Assembly: GCA_964582295.1 (NCBI GenBank)
Contig: CAZOQP010000001.1
Location: 148,754-212,753, forward strand
Source: an uncultured Candidatus Saccharibacteria bacterium
Lineage (GTDB): Bacteria; Patescibacteriota; Minisyncoccia; Phycocordibacterales; Zambryskibacteraceae
DNA length: 64,000 nt
Direction: 5' to 3'
Positions 55,349 through 64,000 of this stretch are shown here, one piece after another. How positions within the stretch are numbered: position 1 is the stretch's first letter; each line of letters starts with the position of its first letter. Position numbers and translations under genes: made by a program. The notes beneath the pieces were generated by a model. The model searched no databases. It saw only the letters and a program-made list of their open reading frames with translations, and had not been told where the DNA came from.

Positions 55349-57322
55349 ATGAAAAAAATAGTTTTAGGTTTTGCAGGTTTTGCTATCGCCTTTGCCCTGG
55401 TTGCCACACCGGTACACGGACAGACGATTGCTGAACTTCAGGCCTTGATCGCTCAATTGACAGCGCAGCTTGCTGCGCTCTCTGGAGGTTCTGCCTCAAC
55501 AGGCGTTTCCTTCACACGAGATCTTACTGTGGGTTCAACGGGGGCTGACGTCACCGCACTCCAGCAGTCTCTCGTTGCTAAAGGTTTCCTTAACATTCCG
55601 GCAGGCGTTGCATACGGCTACTTCGGCAATTTGACGAGGTCAGCAGTTGCAGCTTGGCAGGCATCAGCAGGTGTTTCACCTGCAGTTGGCTACTTTGGTC
55701 CTATCTCCCGCGCAGCCTTTGGTGGCAGCGTAGGAACAGGCACTGGAGTTGGAACGGGAACTGGTACCACCGGCTCAACCGGCACTGGCATCACGACCAT
55801 TGGAAAGGAAGGAACTTTGACAGTTGAACTGAATCCTACACCGGGAACAGGTCTCACCCTTCGTGAGGGCGACACCCGCCAGGCATTCATCGGCGTTAAA
55901 GTTAGAGCTCAGCTTTCAGACCTCGCGGTCCAGAGAGTTAAGCTTCAGCTCGGTGCATCAGGCGACACAAATGGAGAGACTTCAGATTTCTACAACAAAG
56001 TCTTCCCTGTGGTGTACTTGATGGATGGCTCGACCGTTCTTGCATCGTCGGCTTTGAACAGCTCGACTGTTGTGAAGGAGGGCTCAAGCTACTTCATCAC
56101 CCTTTCAGGATTCAACTTCTTGGTCATGAAGGACACTACTCGCGTATTGACGGTCGCATTTGACCTCAACTCGTCAGTGGACTCAACCTTTGAAAGCAAC
56201 ACCTTCTCGGTTTCTGTTCCGGCTAACGGCGTTCGCGCTGTTGACGGTGCAGGCATCAACCAGGAGGGTCCTTCAACTGCTTTCTCACGATCGCAGACAG
56301 TTGACGCAACTTCTGAATCAGAAGACGCTTCTCTTCAGCTCTCTTTGAACACAGCTTCTCCGAAATCTTCGGAAGTTGTTGCTTCAATGGGTTCGGCTGA
56401 GAACGAAATTGACGGAGTTCACATTGGATCCTTCAATATTCGCGCAGAGGATGATTCTATCCTTCTCACCGATCTTCACATCGCAGTTGGAAAGACTGGT
56501 TCAGGAGCAGCAGATGCATCAACCGTATGGTTGTATGACGCGGCTAATCCTTCAACCGCTTTGGGCTCAGCATCCGTTGCAGGCAGTGCATACGGTGGAG
56601 CTAACTTCAGCGACATAGATGTGAACATTGCTAAGGACACTACCAAGACTTTCTTGGTAAAGGTTGACTTCCGCTCTGCCAACGGCACTGCAGAGGTCTT
56701 CACCTTCACTGCTTCCTCGACAGGTATCACTGCCGAGAACTCGGAAGGTTCCACACTCGCGGCGGGAGACAAGACTGGTTCCGCAACAGGCGAAACCTTT
56801 ACTGTCCGCAACGTAGGTCCGATCTTCACTCTTCTCTCAAAGAGCATTGTGAAGAGCGCAACACCTGTGCAGAACAACACATCAACTTCAACAGCTGAGG
56901 CCACCTTCACATTGAGGATCAAGGCAGTTGGAGGCGACATCTTGTTCGGTGCCAACGCTTCGACAACCTACGCAATGGTTTCGAACGCTGGTGGAGACGG
57001 TACGGACGCTCCTTCCTTCATCGTCTATCGTGGCGGTGCGGCGGTAGCAACAGCCGGCGCTTCAACAACTTCGTTTGACACACCGTCATCCGGAGTCGTT
57101 GCTTCAAGCGACAGCTTTACTCTTCAGGAGAACAACGAGATCACTCTTCCGGTATCCTTCCTTATTGAAGGTAGGGCAACCACGGGAGCTCTTGTAATCA
57201 CTGGTTCATACGCAATTGGTCTTGAAAAGATCAACTGGGTTGCTCCGGGCGGTGCTCTTGAAGCTTCAACCTTCATGTCTGGAAACACAGACTGGAGAAC
57301 TTCAACAGTTTCACTTCCGTAA
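55349..57322 (+). CDS. S-layer-like secreted protein with peptidoglycan-binding domain
   Basis: Signal peptide, IAELQA coiled coil, FTRDLTVGSTGADV..LQ, GYFG..T, long Ser/Thr/Gly beta-rich region. Confidence 0.85.
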   Translation: MKKIVLGFAGFAIAFALVATPVHGQTIAELQALIAQLTAQLAALSGGSASTGVSFTRDLTVGSTGADVTALQQSLVAKGFLNIPAGVAYGYFGNLTRSAVAAWQASAGVSPAVGYFGPISRAAFGGSVGTGTGVGTGTGTTGSTGTGITTIGKEGTLTVELNPTPGTGLTLREGDTRQAFIGVKVRAQLSDLAVQRVKLQLGASGDTNGETSDFYNKVFPVVYLMDGSTVLASSALNSSTVVKEGSSYFITLSGFNFLVMKDTTRVLTVAFDLNSSVDSTFESNTFSVSVPANGVRAVDGAGINQEGPSTAFSRSQTVDATSESEDASLQLSLNTASPKSSEVVASMGSAENEIDGVHIGSFNIRAEDDSILLTDLHIAVGKTGSGAADASTVWLYDAANPSTALGSASVAGSAYGGANFSDIDVNIAKDTTKTFLVKVDFRSANGTAEVFTFTASSTGITAENSEGSTLAAGDKTGSATGETFTVRNVGPIFTLLSKSIVKSATPVQNNTSTSTAEATFTLRIKAVGGDILFGANASTTYAMVSNAGGDGTDAPSFIVYRGGAAVATAGASTTSFDTPSSGVVASSDSFTLQENNEITLPVSFLIEGRATTGALVITGSYAIGLEKINWVAPGGALEASTFMSGNTDWRTSTVSLP

Positions 57323-57365
57323 GGAATTGCCACTGGCCTAGCCGAAACTTCGGTTAGTGAAGAAC

Positions 57366-57397
57366 AAAAAACCACTCGCTTCGGCGGGTGGTTTTTT
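57366..57397 (+). terminator. Intrinsic terminator
   Basis: aaaaaccactcgc-ttcg-gcgggtggtttttt. Confidence 0.85.
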
Positions 57398-57594
57398 GTT
57401 TTGTCCCACCTTTAATAACGTCTATCAATGTTCTGAACATTCATACACCTTATAAAAATATTTTTGTGTTCTTTTATGGATGAGCTTCATTTGAGTGGGA
57501 TGCCTGTAAGCGTTCAATTTATAAGGCGTCTTTAGAAGAGTAAAGATCGGAGGAAAAACCGCCGATCCATTAATAAAAATTAATCGGTTAAAAC

Positions 57595-59871
57595 ATGAAA
57601 ATAAATTTACAGGCAATAAGAAAAGTGACAGCACTCGGATGCGCGTGCGCACTTTTCTTTTCCACCATACTGGTGGCACAGGCGGCGGCATTGACTACGC
57701 TCACCCTGACATCTCCAGCGGGCGGTGAGATGTGGAGCGGAACGCAAAGTGTTACCTGGACCAGTGACGGGGATGGCACATCTGGCGACATGGTAGAAAT
57801 AATGTATTCAGCAGACGGGGGCGCTTTTTTCAGCACTCTAACAACTGTTGAGGACGAAGGATCTTCCGGAAGTTCTTTCTCGGTTGATACAACTACGGTT
57901 TCAGACGGCACCGAATATCAAGTGAAAATAATTTCCGGACTACAGGAAAGTGTTTCGGCAAATTTCACTATTGATAACACAGTACCTGTCATTACTCTCA
58001 CCGGAAGTTCAACTGTGGACCTGACAGTTGGAGATTCCTACACGGATGAAGGAGCAACGGCAAACGACAACATTGACGGAGACATCACCGCGGACATCGT
58101 GGTAGGCGGCGATACTGTGGACACTTCGGCCGAAGGTACTTACATTGTTACTTACAATGTTTCCGACGGTTCCGGAAATGCGGCGGTTGAAGTGACAAGG
58201 ATGGTGAATGTAGCGACTGGTTCTTCTGGCAGTGTGTCCGTAAATCTTCTTGCGAACAGCACGGCAGACGAGCTCACGATTTCAGAGGGCACGGAATTTA
58301 CCCTTACTTGGGACTCTGAAAATGCCACTTCGTGTACCGGAGATATGAACGGCACATCAATGGGCGGGGTAGATACAGACGGCTCATCTGGCCCGTTTGG
58401 AAGTGGCCACTCTCTTTACCCGACAGCAACTACAAGCTCTACGTTCACTATCACCTGTACCGACGGCTCTGAAGAAGCTTCTGATTCAGTAGAAGTATCT
58501 CTTTCTTCGGCGGCTACAGGCACTGCTTCAACGACCATTTTTGCTAACGGTACATCCGAAGATATATCTATTTCAGATGGTACCGGGCTTACCATAAGCT
58601 GGGCATCCGAAGATGTAACTAGCTGTGAACTAGACGTAAACAATGGAGAAAATGTAAGCGGGGTGGCTACGACCGGAGAAGCAGGTCCTTTCACCACCGG
58701 CCATCCGTTCTATCCGACAGCTGAACAGGAATCCACATTCCTTATTACCTGTACGGACGGTTCAACAGTTGTCTCGGATTCTCTTAGTGTATTCCTCTCT
58801 ACCGGCGGTGGTGGAGGCGGAGGTGACGAAGCAACCAGCACGCTTACCTCTCTTACTCTCACGGCCCCCACGGGAGGAGAAGTGTGGAGCGGCAATCAGA
58901 ACATTACCTGGACAAGTAATGGCACCGGAACATCAAGTGATATGGTGAACATTTCTTACTCTTCTGACGGCGGTTCTTTCACAACTATCGGCACTGTGAC
59001 TGATGAAGGCACCGGAGGAAGCTCATTCAGTGTAGACACCACGACTGTTCCCAACGGAACGCAGTATGTGGTGAAGATATCTCTTGAAGGAGATGATTCA
59101 GTGAGTGACACTTCCGGAGTATTCACTATCAGCAATGCTTCAGGAGGGGACGGAGATGACGATGGCGATGATGGAGACGGCAGTGGCACAAGCACCACAA
59201 CCCTCACGGCACTAGACAGCGTTCTCATTGAGACCACAGTGAACACAGCAGTGACGTTCACTCTCAACACCTCTACTACATCAACGACCTCGCTCACGTA
59301 CATCATTGTTACCTTGCCAGCGCACGGAACATTGAGCGCGACGACCTCAACTACGACGAATGAGATCACCTACACACCGGGGCTAAATTACACCGGCCCA
59401 GATTCATTCACATTCAAGGTGAATGACGGCACAGGTGACACAAATGTGGCTACAGTGTCTCTGCAGGTTAATCCTGTAAATCCGGCACCGTCATCCTCAT
59501 CGGGCGGAGGTGGGGGCAGTCGGATATTGTCCACAACGCCTTTGTTCTTCTCTAACCAGTTCCAGTTCCCGTTCATTCCGAATACCGGACTGGCTCTTGG
59601 AACAGGCACAGGTATGGGTACGGGTTCGGCAGGCGGCCAGGTCCTTGGGACGTTCAGCTTCAGGTTCTTGAGCAATCTCGGCTTTGGAAACAGGAGCGAG
59701 TTTGTACTTGAGCTTCAGAAGAAGCTTGCGGCGCTCGGGTTCTTCCAGGTTCAGCCGACCGGATTCTTCGGCCCCATCACCCGTGCTGCGGTGAGGGCAT
59801 TCCAGGAATCCCGAGGTGTTATCTCTACAGGATTCGTGGGACCTTTGACTCGCGCAGAGCTCAACAGGTAG
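57595..59871 (+). CDS. Secreted surface protein with duplicated Ig-like modules and C-terminal peptidoglycan-binding domain
   Basis: Signal peptide; LTLT.P.GGE.WSG x2; DUF5011-like and Big_9-like modules; TGFFGPITRAAVRAFQ. Confidence 0.85.
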   Translation: MKINLQAIRKVTALGCACALFFSTILVAQAAALTTLTLTSPAGGEMWSGTQSVTWTSDGDGTSGDMVEIMYSADGGAFFSTLTTVEDEGSSGSSFSVDTTTVSDGTEYQVKIISGLQESVSANFTIDNTVPVITLTGSSTVDLTVGDSYTDEGATANDNIDGDITADIVVGGDTVDTSAEGTYIVTYNVSDGSGNAAVEVTRMVNVATGSSGSVSVNLLANSTADELTISEGTEFTLTWDSENATSCTGDMNGTSMGGVDTDGSSGPFGSGHSLYPTATTSSTFTITCTDGSEEASDSVEVSLSSAATGTASTTIFANGTSEDISISDGTGLTISWASEDVTSCELDVNNGENVSGVATTGEAGPFTTGHPFYPTAEQESTFLITCTDGSTVVSDSLSVFLSTGGGGGGGDEATSTLTSLTLTAPTGGEVWSGNQNITWTSNGTGTSSDMVNISYSSDGGSFTTIGTVTDEGTGGSSFSVDTTTVPNGTQYVVKISLEGDDSVSDTSGVFTISNASGGDGDDDGDDGDGSGTSTTTLTALDSVLIETTVNTAVTFTLNTSTTSTTSLTYIIVTLPAHGTLSATTSTTTNEITYTPGLNYTGPDSFTFKVNDGTGDTNVATVSLQVNPVNPAPSSSSGGGGGSRILSTTPLFFSNQFQFPFIPNTGLALGTGTGMGTGSAGGQVLGTFSFRFLSNLGFGNRSEFVLELQKKLAALGFFQVQPTGFFGPITRAAVRAFQESRGVISTGFVGPLTRAELNR

Positions 59872-59893
59872 TTTCCTAGAAGAAAACACTTAA

Positions 59894-59934
59894 AACCAAA
59901 AACCCCGCTGTTGATTGAGCGGGGTTTTTGGTTT
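59894..59934 (+). terminator. Intrinsic terminator
   Basis: aaaccaaaaaccccgct...agcggggtttttggttt. Confidence 0.8.
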
Positions 59935-59946
59935 ACTGTGAGTAAG

Positions 59947-60843
59947 ATGTTTTCCTGGATAAGGCGTCATTTTGTTCCTCATACAGTAAATGACAATCGT
60001 CCGCATTTTCTTCGCGGCAACGCTCTTCACCTGACACTTCTCGTTGCACTTCTTCTTGAATTTGCCGTGTTTGCAACACCTCTCGCCACAATGCTCGGGG
60101 GCTCCCGCTTCACAGCAGCTGTTTTGCCCGCGGTTTTATCCGATCTCACGAACCAAAAGCGTTCTCTTTCAAGTCTTCAGCCGCTAAAAGTAAATCCTAT
60201 TTTGCAGAGGGCTGCCCAATTAAAGGCGGATGATATGGCTAAAAAAGGGTATTTTGCCCACACCAGTCCTGAAGGGAAAACTCCGTGGAGCTTTCTCAAG
60301 CAAGTGGGCTACGAATACGAATATGCGGGGGAAAACCTGGCCGTAAATTTTTATGATTCACAGGATGTTACGAATGCCTGGATGAATTCGCCATCTCACC
60401 GTGCGAATATTGAAAGGGGTGTGTATCGGGAAGTGGGGAGTGCGGTGGCGGTAGGCAATTTCAGGGGTCAGCCGGCTATTTTCGCAGTGCAGATGTATGC
60501 GAGTCCTGCGGTATATGTGCCCATTTATCCCGCCTCTAATGTATCTGCCAATAGTAATTCCGCAGCCGCTTATAATTCCGTAGCACCGAAGTTTTTTGAA
60601 AGAATTCTTTCTTCTCCCCATCGCACCACGAATATTATTTTACTTTCTGTTGCCGCTCTCATTCTTCTGGCTATACTCCTGAAGCTTCTGGTGAAAACAA
60701 ACGTGAAGCATCCGCATCTTATTACGAACGGCCTGGTGGCCCTCGTTATCATATTCGGCATTTATATAGCAACCGACACCGTGGTAAGGGCAGGGGGCAA
60801 TATACAAACCTCGCACTTTGAAAGCTTCGAATCCAGCCGGTAG
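59947..60843 (+). CDS. CAP/SCP domain membrane protein
   Basis: KADDMA..GYFAH.SP.G, AGENLA, WMNSPSHRANI. Confidence 0.92.
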   Translation: MFSWIRRHFVPHTVNDNRPHFLRGNALHLTLLVALLLEFAVFATPLATMLGGSRFTAAVLPAVLSDLTNQKRSLSSLQPLKVNPILQRAAQLKADDMAKKGYFAHTSPEGKTPWSFLKQVGYEYEYAGENLAVNFYDSQDVTNAWMNSPSHRANIERGVYREVGSAVAVGNFRGQPAIFAVQMYASPAVYVPIYPASNVSANSNSAAAYNSVAPKFFERILSSPHRTTNIILLSVAALILLAILLKLLVKTNVKHPHLITNGLVALVIIFGIYIATDTVVRAGGNIQTSHFESFESSR

Positions 60844-60847
60844 TATT

Positions 60848-60879
60848 GCCGCACACCTGCCTTAAGGCAGGTGTGCGGC
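60848..60879. repeat. 32-bp perfect palindrome with CCTGCC/GGCAGG core
   Basis: gccgcacacctgccttaaggcaggtgtgcggc. Confidence 0.7.
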
Positions 60880-60913
60880 TTGATGTATTTTCTGTAGTTC
60901 TTATAATAAATGT

Positions 60914-61063
60914 ATGGAGAAATACTTTGATAAAGATTTTTTTAAGGCACTCGCTGGTTTTCTATTTCTCCTTCTTATATCGGGGGCAATAGCTATTTCC
61001 GTAAGATTGTACGAAAAGCAGAACATCGCCTCTGCCCCGTGCGCAGATGATTCCTTGTGTTAA
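60914..61063 (+). CDS. Small single-TM protein (49 aa)
   Basis: Read by hand: MEKYFDKDFFKALAGFLFLLLISG...; TATAAT 6 nt upstream. Confidence 0.55.
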   Translation: MEKYFDKDFFKALAGFLFLLLISGAIAISVRLYEKQNIASAPCADDSLC

Positions 61064-61066
61064 TTT

Positions 61067-61444
61067 ATGGAAAATCCGGATGGTAACAAAATAGGGTGGT
61101 ACAAGAAAAAGAGATATATCATCCCGATCGGACTTCTAAGTCTATTTTTTCTTTCTAGCGATGATAGTTTGCCGGTCTCTAAAGTAGTTGAATCAACACA
61201 ATTTCAATCTGAAATTAATCTTCCTGTTTCAGCATCTATTACAGAAAACAGGACAATCCAAAGCTCCACGCAAACTTTAAAAAATTGCCACCCTAATTAT
61301 TCAGGATGTTTAAATCCGAATGCTAGTGATTACGATTGCGCAGGTGGATCGGGAAACGGTCCTTACTATACAGGGGCCGTTCGTGTTATTGGTTACGACG
61401 TATTTGACTTAGATAGAGATGGGGACGGATGGGGATGCGAGTAA
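61067..61444 (+). CDS. Secreted protein with Cys-rich Excalibur-like Ca-binding end
   Basis: CHPNYSGCL...DYDC.GGSGNGP...LDRDGDGWGCE. Confidence 0.8.
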   Translation: MENPDGNKIGWYKKKRYIIPIGLLSLFFLSSDDSLPVSKVVESTQFQSEINLPVSASITENRTIQSSTQTLKNCHPNYSGCLNPNASDYDCAGGSGNGPYYTGAVRVIGYDVFDLDRDGDGWGCE

Positions 61445-61602
61445 TCGTTCTTCAAATTTAATGCAGTAGGTGAATAAAGTAGCAAAACAAGGATCCTATC
61501 TGCTCTCTAATCCCTAGATCTGGCACCTGGTTCTTGATGTGAGCACTCAATTCTGTAGCACGAGTGGTGAAAAAGGTTTAAGAGTTTTATACTAGATTTA
61601 TA

Positions 61603-62934
61603 ATGAAGAAATTGGCCTTAATAGGGTTTCTGATCCCATCCCTCACCTTTGCAGCTTGGTGGAATCCATCCTCTTGGATATGGGTACAAAGAATATTCTA
61701 TCCAGTTTCTGATCAACAGATCCAAATTATAGACGAATTAAGTCAAAAAGTTTCAGATCTTGAAAAAAAATTAGAGGAAGATTCAAAAGGGGAAGATAAG
61801 AAAGTGACTAATCCAGCAGTAAGTAAATCTGCTGTTACAGAACCTAAAATTGTAAATGGGGGTAGTTCGGGAGTATCTTTAACTGCTTCAGAAATTTTTC
61901 AATTAGTTAGTTATGGTATTGTTTATATTGAGGTGGGGAATGGACACGGTTCCGGTTTTGTTATTTCTAATGACGGATTGATTTTGACCAATGCTCATGT
62001 TGTGGGGAAATATAAAATTGTAACTTTATATTTTGGAAATAAATCAGTGCAGGCCGACGTAATAGGAAGGGATGATTTTACTGACGTGGCCCTTTTAAAA
62101 GCCGTCGCTTTGCCATCTTCGGCGAAGGTATTAAATTTAGGGGACACTTCTAACCTTATGCAAGGAGATAGAGTGTATACTCTGGGTTTTCCGCAAAATA
62201 CTAATAAAGAAGTAAGTATAAAAGAGGGGATTTTTTCTAGAAAATCATCGATAGGATCTAATCCAACTCTCGAGGTTACCGCAGGAATATTTTTTGGCAA
62301 TAGCGGAGGCCCACTTGTAGACACAAAGGGTAATGCGGTGGGAATAAATTCTTGGGGAGAGGCATCTAAAGATAATAGAGGAGATACAGTTGGTGAATTA
62401 GGACATGCTCTGGATATAAATAAGGTCAAACAACTATTGCCAGAGTTAAAGAAAGGTTTAGTTTTAGAAAGAAATAAGATTTCCAGTGAGTCTGAATTTC
62501 TGATAAAAGGTATTTTACAAAAATTACAGACGAAAATTGGAAATAAAGAAATTACAGAATATTTATTAACTGATATAGGCGATGATATGTATTTCAGTAG
62601 ATATTTGAGTGGTTCCTTAAATGTGCTGAATTCTTTAAGACAAACAATATTGTCAATAGATGAGGATATTTCCACCAAATTCTTAGAGACAGATACAACC
62701 TTATCTAATTATCAGAGAGGTAAAATATCAGAATTTCACTTTTTTATAAGAAATAAGATTGGAGAGTATGATAGAAAATTGGTATACATAACTGAACTTT
62801 CTACAAATTTGAATTCTAATAAGGCAACAAATCAAGATCTTAATATGAAAACATCAATAACTGAACTAAAAAAATATATACAGACAGAAGTGAATACTAT
62901 TAATGAAAAACTTTGGATAGCCTCTATTTTTTAG
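61603..62934 (+). CDS. Trypsin-like (S1C) serine protease, secreted
   Basis: GSGF, TNAHV, DVALL, GNSGGP; AWWNP.SW N-terminus. Confidence 0.9.
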   Translation: MKKLALIGFLIPSLTFAAWWNPSSWIWVQRIFYPVSDQQIQIIDELSQKVSDLEKKLEEDSKGEDKKVTNPAVSKSAVTEPKIVNGGSSGVSLTASEIFQLVSYGIVYIEVGNGHGSGFVISNDGLILTNAHVVGKYKIVTLYFGNKSVQADVIGRDDFTDVALLKAVALPSSAKVLNLGDTSNLMQGDRVYTLGFPQNTNKEVSIKEGIFSRKSSIGSNPTLEVTAGIFFGNSGGPLVDTKGNAVGINSWGEASKDNRGDTVGELGHALDINKVKQLLPELKKGLVLERNKISSESEFLIKGILQKLQTKIGNKEITEYLLTDIGDDMYFSRYLSGSLNVLNSLRQTILSIDEDISTKFLETDTTLSNYQRGKISEFHFFIRNKIGEYDRKLVYITELSTNLNSNKATNQDLNMKTSITELKKYIQTEVNTINEKLWIASIF

Positions 62935-62967
62935 AAACTTAAAAAATATAAAAATCTTACAAAACAC

Positions 62968-63014
62968 AAAACCCTAGTAATAATGCGTAGTAAACGCATT
63001 ATTACTAGGGTTTT
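62968..63014. terminator. Bidirectional terminator
   Basis: aaaccctagtaataatgcgt-agtaa-acgcattattactagggttt. Confidence 0.8.
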
Positions 63015-63025
63015 TGGCGGATTGC

Positions 63026-63325
63026 TTACGCCTTACGAAGCACCACCACATCTTCCGCTTGTATCCCTTTCTGCCCTTGTACCAGACCGAATTCTACCAG
63101 GTCTCCTTCTTTGAGGGATTTGAATCCGGTATCCCGGATTGCGGAGAAGTGGACGAAGACGTCCGGCCCGCCTTCCCGGGCGATGAAGCCGAAGCCCTTG
63201 GCATCATTGAACCACTTCACGGTGCCGGTCAGACGTCCCGGAGTGCTCACAGGAGTGGGATTTTGGCTCTCCCGATCTCTTGCACGGTCGTCATCCCCGT
63301 TGGCGGGTTTTCTCGTCTTGCCCAT
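63026..63325 (-). CDS. Cold-shock domain protein with N-terminal extension
   Basis: [24 protein letters not shown]; SD aagggag. Confidence 0.9.
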   Translation of the reverse strand: MGKTRKPANGDDDRARDRESQNPTPVSTPGRLTGTVKWFNDAKGFGFIAREGGPDVFVHFSAIRDTGFKSLKEGDLVEFGLVQGQKGIQAEDVVVLRKA

Positions 63326-63444
63326 CTGGCTCTCCCTTGGTGGTGGTAAACCTACTACCCATTTAGGCAGTAGGGACGATCTTCTTCTTATTAAATCACT
63401 AACTGCATTTTTGTCAACAGTATACGCAACAGCTTTTTTAATTC

Positions 63445-63480
63445 ACCCATTCTGGTGTTCGTACGAACACCAGAATGGGT
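63445..63480. repeat. 36-bp perfect palindrome
   Basis: acccattctggtgttcgtacgaacaccagaatgggt. Confidence 0.7.
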
Positions 63481-63558
63481 TTCCTTGCTTTGGATTGTTT
63501 TATGTTTATCCTGTAGCGCAGAAGCTCTTAATAAAACTCAAGATACAGGAGATTCACT

Positions 63559-64000
63559 GTGCTAATGAAAATCGTGGATTTCGGACGAGTGTGGGGAGCG
63601 AGCGGAGTGCAGGGATTTTTCGGTGAAGGATACTGGTTCCACCATTGGCTGAAACCAGTGGGTTTGGACTTCAGTTCGGCCACATTCGTGGCAAAAACAA
63701 CCACCCTTGGACCGCGGCTTGATCCGTCACAAGGTCTGGGGAATATGCCTCTGAAAGAGGATTGGACACCTTCCGAGATATTTCCGAAATGCATTGTGGT
63801 GAGGCCTCTTCAGGGGCTTGCGCTGAATGCGGTCGGGCTTAGCGGACCGGGAGCGAAAGCTCTTTTTGAGACTGGAAGATGGCAAAGTCTCAGAAAGCCA
63901 TTCTTCCTTTCTTTCATGTCCGTGGCCTCCACTCCACAGCACAGGATTGAAGAGTTACGAGAATTTGTGACTATGCTCAAATTCTTCATGTCGCACTTCA
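63559..64000 (+). CDS. Dihydroorotate dehydrogenase-like FMN protein (5' part, runs off the window)
   Basis: Read by hand: GASG, VAKTTT, GN, NAVGLSGPG; SD AGGAG before GTG. Confidence 0.65.
   Translation, partial: MLMKIVDFGRVWGASGVQGFFGEGYWFHHWLKPVGLDFSSATFVAKTTTLGPRLDPSQGLGNMPLKEDWTPSEIFPKCIVVRPLQGLALNAVGLSGPGAKALFETGRWQSLRKPFFLSFMSVASTPQHRIEELREFVTMLKFFMSHF

Noticed and set aside
63111-63626. 171-aa + strand ORF and the many other antisense or overlapping ORFs in the track
   Set aside because: Shadow frames of recognised genes with no family motifs

Overview
Chromosomal segment of a small-genome bacterium, most likely CPR/Patescibacteria (Parcubacteria-like). This rests on genetic code 11, compact and often truncated housekeeping genes, rplK without rplA, tRNA-Arg(GCG) and a non-PGKG EF-P loop. 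It carries replication, repair and translation genes (tsaE, polA, mutM, murE, ruvA, rpsT, rplS, uppS, secE-nusG-rplK, argS, ileS, recO, glyQS, metG, tatD, rpsF-ssb-rpsR, efp, recA, ftsK), 9 tRNA genes, surface-protein genes and a pyrimidine cluster (nucleotidyltransferase, deaminase, HIT, folA, thyA, dut). Main observations: (1) a ~4.3 kb AT-rich serine-recombinase element at tRNA-Leu(GAG) whose predicted excision would swap the recombinase C-terminus in frame; (2) a minimal GIY-YIG element in tRNA-Lys with a 22-bp duplication that takes its stop codon from the tRNA; (3) a 28-30 nt hairpin that inserts in frame into proteins (PARPGGRSGG) and into that tRNA duplicate; (4) a modular REP/MITE-like hairpin family; (5) IleRS carrying an intact histidine-phosphatase domain; (6) leaderless-type core genes alongside Shine-Dalgarno-led accessory genes. 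All family calls come from motif recognition by eye; no database searches were run.
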